In this document: one piece after another, positions 17,368 through 26,321 of the stretch
Layout of the letters: each line of letters starts with the position of its first letter
How positions within the stretch are numbered: the stretch's first letter is position 1
From: a bacterium
GTDB taxonomy: Bacteria > Patescibacteriota > Minisyncoccia > Phycocordibacterales > UBA918
DNA: 64,000 nucleotides
Direction of reading: 5' to 3'
NCBI GenBank assembly: GCA_043719295.1
Contig: JAYSUD010000001.1
Span: 189,799-253,798, forward strand
Translations under genes and position numbers: made by a program
The notes under the pieces: generated by a model
The model's database searches: none
The model's input: only the letters and a program-made list of their open reading frames with translations
Told to the model about the DNA's origin: nothing

Positions 17368-18786
17368 ATGAAAACAACCACACCAACTTCAATCATTATT
17401 CTTGGTGGCGGAGGTGATTTGGCACAGCGAAAACTAGTGCCATCGTTATGTACACTCTTTGTGCAAGGGCACCTACCTTCAGTTTTTCGAATTACGGGTC
17501 TTGCACGCACCCTACGTTCAAACCAAGAGTATCGTGAATTTGTAGCAGAGGCACTGAAGAAGTCAGATGGTGATTTTAGCGAGGAAGACATTGATTCTTT
17601 TTGTTTGCATGTAACCTACGTGAGCGGATCACTTGATGAAAGTGCAAGTTACACAACACTTAAAAAAACCATAGAGGACTTTGAAGTGGAGGCCTCACAA
17701 CGTGTTAACGTACTTTTTTATCTTGCAGTACCACCAGCACAATACGAAGCTACATTTATAAACCTGCATGAGAGCAAACTCGCGGTTGTTGAAGAAGGAA
17801 ATGTCCACTGGGCTCGTATTTTGGTAGAAAAACCATTTGGTAATGACTTTGCATCTGCACAAAAGCTTGACGCAACACTTTCTTCTTTATTTCCTGAAGA
17901 ACAAATTTTTCGTATTGACCACTACCTTGCAAAGGAAGCAGTTCAAAATATTCTTTCCTTCCGTTTTGCCAATAGACTCTTGTTGCCTTCATGGAACAAA
18001 ACGTCCATTAAAGAAATACACATCACCATGTACGAATCAATTGATGTGGGGACACGAGGTTCATTTTATGACCCTGTTGGAGCATTACGTGACGTCGGAC
18101 AAAATCATTTACTCCAATTACTCGCGTTAATCTCCATGGATGAACCAGAAAAACTCGATGCAGTACACATACGAAAGAACCGTGGTAAGATACTCAAAAA
18201 ACTTATTCCTATAGAACGTGACGCAATACAAAGCTCAGTCATTCGGGGGCAATATGAAACGTATACAACCACAGAAGGAGTAGACCCGAACTCACAAACA
18301 GAAACGTATTTTGAATTTAAAGCTACACTTGCTACTGACGCTTGGAGAGGAGTGCCCTTTATCGTTCGTGCAGGAAAAGGAATGGCAAAAGAAAAAGTTT
18401 CTATTGAAATCTTTTTTCATGATGTCTCCTCAGGCCCATTTCAAACACAAGACTGTGCAACCGTTGGCAACTCAATTATACTTACCGTATCACCGTGCCA
18501 ATCAATGCATATGACCATCAATGTAAAACAGCCGGGGTATGGATACCAAGTTGAACCACAAACACTTTCATACCTATGGGATACACAAACAACACACCCC
18601 ATAAATGCATACGAGAAAGTATTACTCGATTGTATTGAAGGAGATCAAACGCTTTTTACACAAGCTGAAGAAGTCCTTGCCTCGTGGAAATTTATTACTT
18701 CAATAACAGAGAATTGGCAAAGTGTACCACTGCAGGTATACAAAAAGGGAAGCAATGGACCCATACAAAAGCTTGGAACTTCATAA
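17368..18786 (+). CDS. zwf: Glucose-6-phosphate 1-dehydrogenase
   Basis: GGGGDLAQRKL, EKPFG, RIDHYLAKE, RDVGQNHL. Confidence 0.96.
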   Translation: MKTTTPTSIIILGGGGDLAQRKLVPSLCTLFVQGHLPSVFRITGLARTLRSNQEYREFVAEALKKSDGDFSEEDIDSFCLHVTYVSGSLDESASYTTLKKTIEDFEVEASQRVNVLFYLAVPPAQYEATFINLHESKLAVVEEGNVHWARILVEKPFGNDFASAQKLDATLSSLFPEEQIFRIDHYLAKEAVQNILSFRFANRLLLPSWNKTSIKEIHITMYESIDVGTRGSFYDPVGALRDVGQNHLLQLLALISMDEPEKLDAVHIRKNRGKILKKLIPIERDAIQSSVIRGQYETYTTTEGVDPNSQTETYFEFKATLATDAWRGVPFIVRAGKGMAKEKVSIEIFFHDVSSGPFQTQDCATVGNSIILTVSPCQSMHMTINVKQPGYGYQVEPQTLSYLWDTQTTHPINAYEKVLLDCIEGDQTLFTQAEEVLASWKFITSITENWQSVPLQVYKKGSNGPIQKLGTS

Positions 18787-18798
18787 TTTAAACTACAT

Positions 18799-19731
18799 AT
18801 GAATCAAAATATAAAAGAAATTGTATATGTCGGACTTGGAAGAATGGGGGCTTCCATGTGTGCACTTTTAGTTGAGAAAGGATATGCAGTGCACGGATTT
18901 GATTCAAACCCTGATTCACGAAATAAAGCTGAAAGTGGGGGAGTAATAACCTATAAAAGCATAGAAAGTGCTCTTGGAGCTTTAGCTGAAGAACCCAAAA
19001 CAATTTGGATAATGGTGCCTTCACGGTACGTTGATGAAGTTATAGCTGATTGTATACCACACCTGAAAACAGGTGACACAATAATTGATGGGGGAAATAG
19101 TTTTTTTAAAGATTCATTACGACGACAAAATGAACTTGAGGATAGGGGAATTAACTTTATTGATTGTGGTACTTCAGGAGGAGTTCAAGGCGCACGAACG
19201 GGCGCTTCGCTTATGGTTGGAGGGGAAGTGAAGGCAGTTCAAGCACACAGTGCACTTTTTACAGACTTAGCAACAGAAAATGGATTTGCACACGTTGGAG
19301 GCCCTAGTGCCGGCCACTTTACAAAAATGGTCCACAACGCAATTGAGTACGGTATGATGGGAGCAATTGCTGAAGGAGTCAATATCCTAAACGAACACAA
19401 AGAGGCACTTAGTATTGATATTCACCAGGCGTTAAAACCCTATGAGCACGGGAGTATTATTGAAAGTAACCTAATGTCGTGGCTTTCTAAGGCGTACAAT
19501 ACAGAAGGGTTACTTGAACGCATTGCTGGAGAAGTACCTAAGGGTGAAACTGAGATGGAGATGGAGTATTTAATTTCAAGTGAAGAAGTACTGGTGCTTG
19601 AAGCAGCTGTTGCACAACGTAAAAAAACACGAACTAAACCTTCGTTTACGGGGACTTTAATTGCAGCTATGCGAAATCAATTCGGAGGGCACACTATATT
19701 GCCTGTACATAAAAACAACCATCTACAATGA
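18799..19731 (+). CDS. gnd: 6-phosphogluconate dehydrogenase (short form)
   Basis: GLGRMG, IDGGNS, DCGTSGG, KMVHNAIEYG, MRNQFGGH. Confidence 0.93.
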   Translation: MNQNIKEIVYVGLGRMGASMCALLVEKGYAVHGFDSNPDSRNKAESGGVITYKSIESALGALAEEPKTIWIMVPSRYVDEVIADCIPHLKTGDTIIDGGNSFFKDSLRRQNELEDRGINFIDCGTSGGVQGARTGASLMVGGEVKAVQAHSALFTDLATENGFAHVGGPSAGHFTKMVHNAIEYGMMGAIAEGVNILNEHKEALSIDIHQALKPYEHGSIIESNLMSWLSKAYNTEGLLERIAGEVPKGETEMEMEYLISSEEVLVLEAAVAQRKKTRTKPSFTGTLIAAMRNQFGGHTILPVHKNNHLQ

Positions 19732-20432
19732 AAACACAGACTTCAGATACTCCTGCATTTGAAGCGGGACAGTATATTCAAGAAAAACTTGCATCACACA
19801 AAGATGAACATATTTTGCTTCTTGTTGCTGGAGGATCGGCGTTTTCAGTCCTTGAAGTAATAGATGGGACACAACTTTCTTCGATGGTAACAATTGGGAC
19901 TACAGACGAACGATTTACACACGAAAAGAAAGGGAACAATTTTATGATGCTTGAGGAAACAACTTTTTATAAAGATGCAAGGGAAGTAGGAGCACAGTGT
20001 ATTAGCTCAAAACCACAAATCGGAGATACTCACGAAAGCTTTACCAAACGTCTTTTGCTTGCGTTTGAAGATTATTACAAGACCCATTCTAACTCCTACA
20101 CAATTGGACTTTTCGGTATTGGTGAAGACGGGCACACCGCAAGTATTTTCCCAACATCAGAAAGTGAATTTATTTCAAAGTATGGAAGTGGTGCACTCTA
20201 CGTACCGCTTACAAACAACTCATTGCAGTACATGTATCGCACGACCATAACTCCCTCTTTTATTGAAGAAAAAATTGATGACGTTGTACTCTATGCTACC
20301 GGCAACAATAAGTGTGACAACATACTCAACTACATGCACAACAGAAACTTCAATCATTACCAGATTCCAGCCCTTATCCCAGCGCAACACCAACAAAGCA
20401 TTTTATTCACCGATTGCTACACATTGCTCTAA
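19728..20432 (+). CDS. pgl: 6-phosphogluconolactonase-like
   Basis: AGGS, DER, GIGEDGHTASIFP; coupled to gnd. Confidence 0.8.
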   Translation: MKTQTSDTPAFEAGQYIQEKLASHKDEHILLLVAGGSAFSVLEVIDGTQLSSMVTIGTTDERFTHEKKGNNFMMLEETTFYKDAREVGAQCISSKPQIGDTHESFTKRLLLAFEDYYKTHSNSYTIGLFGIGEDGHTASIFPTSESEFISKYGSGALYVPLTNNSLQYMYRTTITPSFIEEKIDDVVLYATGNNKCDNILNYMHNRNFNHYQIPALIPAQHQQSILFTDCYTLL

Positions 20433-20506
20433 AACGACGTCACAAAATCGATTTTAAGAGGTCTCTGTATCCCAAGAGGTATATTGGTGTACCTACCTTA
20501 AGCTAG

Positions 20507-20548
20507 AAAAACTACGTACTAGTTCAAATGAACTTTTATGTAGTTTTT
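20507..20548. terminator. Hairpin with A/T tails after zwf-gnd-pgl
   Basis: AAAAACTACGTA..AGTTCA/TGAACT..TATGTAGTTTTT. Confidence 0.5.
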
Positions 20549-21001
20549 TAAAACTTATTAATAATTTGAAAATTTTAGCAAATTTATTCAAATTGAGAAA
20601 TCTCGGGAAAATGAATTATTGAAATTAAACTGAACTTGAACAACACTCTGAACAATGACAGGTCTTAAAAGAAGATTATGCGACGCTGAAGCGATCATAC
20701 AATCTTGTCAACTTTTGCGACGCGTATATATTAACCTTTGGCTATATATAAGCGTCGCAAAAGATATATTGTGCGACGCTTCTCTATACCGTGAGAAGGG
20801 GTCCCCCACAATTAAGGCTGCACTACATTTTAAAAAATCAATTGAGGATTCAATAATAAACTTATAATTATTACAGCAAATGTATTTCCCGAGCAAACTG
20901 ATTTTTCTGTACTAAAATATTTCTCATTTCTTTTTGAAATAATCTACATCAAAAACGTGAGTTTTTAGCCCAACTCCCCTACTTTAGATTTATGTCTAGC
21001 A

Positions 21002-21784
21002 CTACTCAATAAATACTCCTCCAAGAAGTTCTTTCAAGATATGATCGTACCTGTTTGTGTGTTTGCTTAGATGTATGTTCCGTGTACCACCCTGTGTTAG
21101 CTTTGAAGTAATTTCAGGATGAGCTTCTAGATACATGTATACTTTTTTCGGAATAATTTCATCTTGTGAAAAGACCATAAGATCTTGTCCGTACCGCTCT
21201 ATGATACCCTCTTTAAGTAACGTGTAGTGAGTACAGCCTAAGATCAGTGAGTCTCCCCCTTTCTCTAATAGTTCGTCGATAATTGGAAATACTAATTCAA
21301 GTGCCGCATCGATGTTTCCTTCCTCAATAAGTGGAACAAGACTCGGAGTTGCTAGTGAAAATAATTCAGGTTTATTTTTGAACTTCGAGAATTCTCTATC
21401 ATACTTTGAAGATGCAACGGTACGTTGTGTCGCAATCAAAAGAGTCTTTTGAGCGTGACATGCTACCACTTCTTCTACAACAGGAATAATAACCCCAAGT
21501 ATCTTTCTATCTGGATACTCTTCATTAAGATAGGTGTCTTGAAGCTTTCGAAGCGTCTCTGCTGAAGCTGTGTTACAGGCAATGATAACTAACACGCACT
21601 CCTTTTCAAACAAGTGCTCAATTCCCATTTTTGTAAACTCATATATCTCTTCTTCTGTTTTATCACCATACGGAAGGTTTTCTGTATCGCCGAAAAATTC
21701 ATAGTCATAGGAAGGAAGCAATGACGCAACCGACTTCATGATGATAAGTCCACCCAATCCAGAATCAAAAAATCCAATTTTCAT
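21002..21784 (-). CDS. murI: Glutamate racemase
   Basis: FDSGLGG, PYGDK, IACNTAS, LGCTHY. Confidence 0.95.
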   Translation of the reverse strand: MKIGFFDSGLGGLIIMKSVASLLPSYDYEFFGDTENLPYGDKTEEEIYEFTKMGIEHLFEKECVLVIIACNTASAETLRKLQDTYLNEEYPDRKILGVIIPVVEEVVACHAQKTLLIATQRTVASSKYDREFSKFKNKPELFSLATPSLVPLIEEGNIDAALELVFPIIDELLEKGGDSLILGCTHYTLLKEGIIERYGQDLMVFSQDEIIPKKVYMYLEAHPEITSKLTQGGTRNIHLSKHTNRYDHILKELLGGVFIE

Positions 21785-21785
21785 A

Positions 21786-22040
21786 CTAGTAGAGTTCGCT
21801 ATGTGAACCAATTTTATAAAATATATACTTACCCGACTCAATTTGAAATTGTGCTCTTAAATCACCTGTAACATTCATACTTAAGAGAAACGCTTCTGTA
21901 CCTTGCAAAGAATGTACGTTAAGTAAGGGATGGTAATTATTTTCAATAAGTAACGCTAAACGTTCTTTAAACTGAGCCTTAACCTTTTGTGGAAGTTTTT
22001 CGTATTGTTTCTTAAATTTCTTCCTAAATTCAATTTCCAT
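21786..22040 (-). CDS. Type II TA toxin, RelE/YafQ family
   Basis: 84 aa, FKKQY, H.L.G, C-terminal IGSHSELY. Confidence 0.88.
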   Translation of the reverse strand: MEIEFRKKFKKQYEKLPQKVKAQFKERLALLIENNYHPLLNVHSLQGTEAFLLSMNVTGDLRAQFQIESGKYIFYKIGSHSELY

Positions 22041-22045
22041 ATAAA

Positions 22046-22318
22046 CTACGAATCAAGCCATGCTACCGCATCATCAACTGTTGAAAATGTAGGGGACATC
22101 CCCTTTCCTTGCCTTGCTTCATCAATAGCTTTGTTGAGCTCTTTGATAACAGACGGTCGCAGCATTGGTTCACGTTGGACGGTAAGAGATCCAGATTTAA
22201 TAAATTCTTTTAAATACACATTGACGACAGTAGAAAGCGGTACACCCAAATACTCTGCTAAGGATTTAGCTCTTTCTTTTACCTCTATATCAACTTTAGA
22301 ATTAAGGACTGTTTTCAT
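22046..22318 (-). CDS. Type II TA antitoxin, RelB/DinJ family
   Basis: RHH-like N-terminus K.RA..LA..LG.PLS; upstream of toxin. Confidence 0.85.
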   Translation of the reverse strand: MKTVLNSKVDIEVKERAKSLAEYLGVPLSTVVNVYLKEFIKSGSLTVQREPMLRPSVIKELNKAIDEARQGKGMSPTFSTVDDAVAWLDS

Positions 22319-22520
22319 AATATAACTATTATACACACAAAGGTTATTTTTTCAATACAAGTTAAGATATTTAGGTACTTTCAAAATTCACTGTAACATA
22401 GCCACTTTATGGTTAAAGCTACTTCATTTATCCCCTTTCAATCTATAAAATACATACAAAGTGATACAATGAATCTAGATAGTACAAGAATTAATTCGTT
22501 ATAATTTATAGTATATATAC

Positions 22521-22934
22521 ATGATGAACAAAATTTTTAATCATCCAATATGGAATACACATGCACTACTCTTTGCACGAGTACTCATGGGAGGAATGTT
22601 TTTACTTGCAGGAATCAACAAAGCTTCTGGTATTGATGGCACTACAGGCATGATTGGAGCTGCAGGACTTCCAATGCCATTGGTACTTGCATGGCTAGCG
22701 GCGCTACTAGAGATTGCAGCTGGAGCAGCAATCATCTTAGGTAAATATTTCAAAGAGGCAGCTATTTCTCTTGCAGTATTTACATTTGTCATTAGCTTCA
22801 TCTTCCACGGGCCAAACAGTTGGGCTGAGAACATGATGCAACAACTTGTGTTCACAAAGAACATGGCGATTGTAGCTGGTTTGTTGTTTATGGCAGCACA
22901 TGGTGCTGGAAAGACTTGGAAAATGAGCAACTGA
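22521..22934 (+). CDS. DoxX family membrane protein
   Basis: ARVL..MF..AG..K, LE..AG and KNMAI.AGLL motifs. Confidence 0.85.
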   Translation: MMNKIFNHPIWNTHALLFARVLMGGMFLLAGINKASGIDGTTGMIGAAGLPMPLVLAWLAALLEIAAGAAIILGKYFKEAAISLAVFTFVISFIFHGPNSWAENMMQQLVFTKNMAIVAGLLFMAAHGAGKTWKMSN

Positions 22935-22959
22935 GCGTAGCGATTATTGCGAATTTACC

Positions 22960-23050
22960 TTCTTACAGAAGCTGTCCGCTCATTGGATACTTTATTTCGT
23001 TACACTCATAAAGTCTCTCAATGAGTCTTGCGAAAGTGTCCCACACTTTC
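22960..23050. repeat. Module C mosaic (homologous to 45088-45189 on the opposite strand)
   Basis: TTCTTACAGAA.CTGT 15/16, 39-nt hairpin 33/39 and AGTGTCCCACACT 13/13 identical to the reverse complement of the tRNA-adjacent element. Confidence 0.88.
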
Positions 23051-23053
23051 TCA

Positions 23054-23160
23054 CCCAGTTTTCGCGCTGATCCAGAGTTCGTTTCAATGCCTCAGCGTTA
23101 GCTGTGCATTGAATAGAACTCAGCGGAAACTGCTGGAACTTTCCAACGTTTAGGTAAATC
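23054..23160. repeat. Family B structured element copy B3
   Basis: CAGTTTTCGC/GCGGAAACTG stem, GAGTTC..TTCAATGC/GCATTGAA..GAACTC stem, GCCTCAGC-gtta-GCTGTGC, GCTGGAACTTTCCAACG. Confidence 0.85.
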
Positions 23161-23181
23161 GATCTGTTGTAAAAGCACTCA

Positions 23182-23220
23182 ACATAGAAAAAGCCCTCTT
23201 GCGAGGGCTTTTTTCTATGT
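23182..23220. terminator. Bidirectional rho-independent terminator
   Basis: AAAAAGCCCTC-ttgc-GAGGGCTTTTTT between convergent genes. Confidence 0.8.
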
Positions 23221-23232
23221 CTGTACGGAGTT

Positions 23233-23688
23233 TTAGAGTGATGCAAGTGTTGCACCCCAACATGCAGATGATGCACGCCATGGTTGGATACCTTGTTTCT
23301 CATAGAGATGTCGGGCATACGCCATGTTGTCCTGAAGGTTAGTGATATCAAAACCTAGGTTCGCAGCAGTTGTACCGTGGTAATAACTGTTGATCTGCAT
23401 AACACCTGTATCTCGATTGTCTACTTTTCCTCTAAGAACGCTTCCATCTGCAAGTGTATGACGAAACTGTGATTCACAACGCGCGACCTGAATCATTACT
23501 GGAATATCGCTAAAGTATTTTCGTACCTCTGCTTCCGTATTACTCGGTGCAACGACAGTGACTTGTTTCGTCGTATCCACAGTGTTATTACTAACAATGT
23601 GACCGTAGGCCGTATCAGTGGCTACAACTGATCCGGTTCCTGATACAGCGATAAACGCTGCAATTACGGTGGATATTATAAGCCAAAT
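23233..23688 (-). CDS. Secreted lytic transglycosylase/lysozyme-like protein (start uncertain)
   Basis: ARCES, DTGVMQIN, N..YA..LY...G..PW (SLT-like); frame open to 23691 with a signal-peptide-like segment but no ATG. Confidence 0.75.
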   Translation of the reverse strand: MWLIISTVIAAFIAVSGTGSVVATDTAYGHIVSNNTVDTTKQVTVVAPSNTEAEVRKYFSDIPVMIQVARCESQFRHTLADGSVLRGKVDNRDTGVMQINSYYHGTTAANLGFDITNLQDNMAYARHLYEKQGIQPWRASSACWGATLASL

Positions 23689-24038
23689 GTCTTATCTAAC
23701 AAATAAGCGAGCGAGCGTCTTAGAAAAATGAATGCATTCATTTTTCTATGACCGAGCGAGCGCCATTTGTATCTTGGATACAAATTTGCGAGCACCCGAC
23801 ATAGATAATTGATTTATGCGAATTTCTCTAAAACCGATTGACGTGCAATTTGTATCCGCAGATACAAATAAGCGAGCAAACTCAATAGGTTAATTGAACT
23901 AACAACTTCCCTACTTCATTTACTCCCATATGTACCAACGTAGATTCAAATTGCAGTCGAACGCTGTAGGTTGTTGATATTACTCACTTCCCTACAATCA
24001 CGCATCGCCATATGTATCAAAAGATACAAAAAGCGGCC
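23682..24038. repeat. Family D hairpins (4 copies) in a long 5' leader
   Basis: GC(C/A)ATTTGTATC-loop-GATACAAAT..GCGAGC at about 23762, 23845 and 24007, degenerate copy at 23682. Confidence 0.75.
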
Positions 24039-24057
24039 GGAGCCACTTACGCCAATG

Positions 24058-24085
24058 ATTATAGCATATCCATGCTCAAAGTCAA
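24058..24085 (-). promoter_or_regulatory. Sigma70-type promoter with extended -10
   Basis: TTGACT-16 nt-TATAAT with TG upstream of the -10, on the minus strand. Confidence 0.7.
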
Positions 24086-24282
24086 GTTATACAACTACTT
24101 TTACCCTGTGTCAAAGTCCAAAAAACGGCTCAATTGAGCCGTTTTAAGTATTGACATGCAAGTAGTTTGTTGAGTAACAATTCTCTATCTATCAATAATC
24201 ACAAATACAAAATTGAAATAAAAATAGGATCTGGCCAAAAATAGCCAGATCCACCCATTAACATACCAACCAGAGTTTTTCA

Positions 24283-24858
24283 CTAACCCTGATTTGCGAC
24301 TATCCAATCTCCGTCTCCCAAAAAGCCGAGATTGGGAAAGTTTTCACTTTTCCATTTGCCCTCATAGTTTACCAAACAACGACAATAGTGACCTCCTGTA
24401 ACCTCATGTCCAAAGATTGTGCTTGAGAAAATAACTTTTCTTACTATGCTCCACTCTTCTGGTATTCTGTGTGGATACTTTTCGAAGAAATCGTGAAAGT
24501 AGGCATTGAGAGGCACCCAAGATGTCTCTAATGACTGTTCCCAGATTCTATCAAGTTGGTTCCTTGCTGGTTTAACTAGTGATGGATTCCAGTCACTTCC
24601 ACCAAACCAAGCGAACATACCGTTCATAGCATGATGTTCAGAAATGTTTTCAAAACATGTATGAAGCACACCTTTTCGATTATCGACGATACATTTTCGC
24701 CAAACAATGGTTGCGTCGCCGTTAAGAACATCGAGAATCTTGCCTGCTTTTGTTCCTTTTGCAAGTTCTTTAACATGATTTGCATCCCATCCATTTCTGG
24801 CAAATGCAAAATCAAGCTCGGCCGCCTGACGACTTGTCATTACAGCTGCATTAGTCAT
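24283..24858 (-). CDS. Hypothetical protein (SD-led ORFan)
   Basis: 191-aa ORF, AGGAG RBS, TTGACA-17-CATAGT promoter. Confidence 0.7.
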   Translation of the reverse strand: MTNAAVMTSRQAAELDFAFARNGWDANHVKELAKGTKAGKILDVLNGDATIVWRKCIVDNRKGVLHTCFENISEHHAMNGMFAWFGGSDWNPSLVKPARNQLDRIWEQSLETSWVPLNAYFHDFFEKYPHRIPEEWSIVRKVIFSSTIFGHEVTGGHYCRCLVNYEGKWKSENFPNLGFLGDGDWIVANQG

Positions 24859-24971
24859 GACGTGTCTCCTATTTTTGACTTGTCCAAATGGACGTGTCGA
24901 GTTAAATTATGGATCCTCAATCTAAAGAATCCAAAGATACTATGTTCTGAGATTAAGAATATGTCAACAGA

Positions 24972-25811
24972 TTAAGTAATAGACCCAAGCTTCGCCATAG
25001 CCCCGTACAATCCACTTTGGTCACCAAGTCGTGCATCAACTATCAAGGGGCATTCTATATTTTCACCTAGAATTGCATTGGTATGCTTTAAAATATCATC
25101 AAGAAGTATCCGTGGGTTACCTAAAATCATTGATCCCCCAAGCACTACAACATCAGGAGACCAGTACAAAATTGTATTTCGGAGGCCGTGAGCTAGGTAT
25201 AGAGCTAACTGATCCCAGGTTGCGTCAGACTGCTCGATTTCATAGGGCTTTACTCCCATACGTTCCTCTAGAGCCGAACCAGACACTAGGTTCTCAAGAG
25301 TTGGTTCAATCCCCTCACCCAAGATAGTCTTATCAATATCAAGTACTTGTTTTCCAGGTTCAAACCCAGTTCGGTTATCATCAATCTTTCCGTATTCAAT
25401 TTTTGCACCTCCTACTCCCGTACTTACTGTGTGATAGGCAACAATATCAAGATCCATTCCTGCACCAAAGTTAGCTTCGCCAAGTCCCGCTAGTGCTGCA
25501 TCATTTTCAAGGTACACTTCTGCTTTAAGTTTCTTTTTAAGTGCTTCGCATACAGACTTATCAATCCACGAAGTGAGCACACTATCATAGACAATTGCCG
25601 TCTTGTCATCGTTAAGTGGTCCTCTGATGCCTCCGCATACACCCCGAAGTGAAGTCTTAGTTAACTTCCCCACTGCCTCAACAATCGTATCAATTCCTTT
25701 TTCAAAATCATTAGGCGTCTTAAAAGAAATAACTTCACCAAGTGTTTTCAAATCTTCAGTTATCGCAACCCGAGTTTTAGTCCCTCCAATATCAAAAAGA
25801 ATGTACGACAT
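24972..25811 (-). CDS. ROK family sugar kinase
   Basis: DIGGTK, ENDA..A..GE, STGVGG, GFEPG. Confidence 0.88.
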   Translation of the reverse strand: MSYILFDIGGTKTRVAITEDLKTLGEVISFKTPNDFEKGIDTIVEAVGKLTKTSLRGVCGGIRGPLNDDKTAIVYDSVLTSWIDKSVCEALKKKLKAEVYLENDAALAGLGEANFGAGMDLDIVAYHTVSTGVGGAKIEYGKIDDNRTGFEPGKQVLDIDKTILGEGIEPTLENLVSGSALEERMGVKPYEIEQSDATWDQLALYLAHGLRNTILYWSPDVVVLGGSMILGNPRILLDDILKHTNAILGENIECPLIVDARLGDQSGLYGAMAKLGSIT

Positions 25812-25812
25812 A

Positions 25813-26313
25813 TTATGCTAGTAGTGTATCACGAAGCTCAGTCCATATTTGAACAAGTCCTCGTGTACAAAGTTCTGGTGTGTTTGTAATAAGTTCATCT
25901 ACCGATTTAGGTGAAAGCCATTGTACACTCTCAACTTCATGAGTATCAAATGACAATACTTCATCAACCTGTACAACTGTTTTATAGATAGTATTAAAAA
26001 AGTCTTCTGTACGATACGAAGTAACCACTTCAGCCAACTTGAAATTTGTAATCCCCAATTCTTCTCTTGTTTCTCGAATCGCTGCATCAATGTACTCCTC
26101 GCCTTCGTCTACGTGACCAGCAGCAGACTGATCAAGTAGCCCTGGTTTTGATATGAGCTGACTCCGTTTTTGTATAAGTAACTCACCGTTTGTATTAAAA
26201 ACAAATACGCGAGATGCGCGTCTAATTAAGTTATTTGCAATAGCATTATCGTATGTGTCATACCCCACAAGAACATCATTCTCGTCAACAATAGTAATTT
26301 TTTTATGCTCCAT
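25813..26313 (-). CDS. NUDIX hydrolase (IDI-like)
   Basis: GHVDEGE....AAIRETREELG Nudix box; VDEND N-terminus. Confidence 0.88.
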   Translation of the reverse strand: MEHKKITIVDENDVLVGYDTYDNAIANNLIRRASRVFVFNTNGELLIQKRSQLISKPGLLDQSAAGHVDEGEEYIDAAIRETREELGITNFKLAEVVTSYRTEDFFNTIYKTVVQVDEVLSFDTHEVESVQWLSPKSVDELITNTPELCTRGLVQIWTELRDTLLA

Positions 26314-26321
26314 AGCGTATC

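Noticed and set aside
20655-20896. Short ORFs in the strand-switch region
   Set aside because: No motif or RBS; they overlap the TGCGACGC repeats and are probably spurious.
22992-23351. 119-aa minus-strand ORF
   Set aside because: Overlaps the transglycosylase gene, a terminator and the B3/C repeats.
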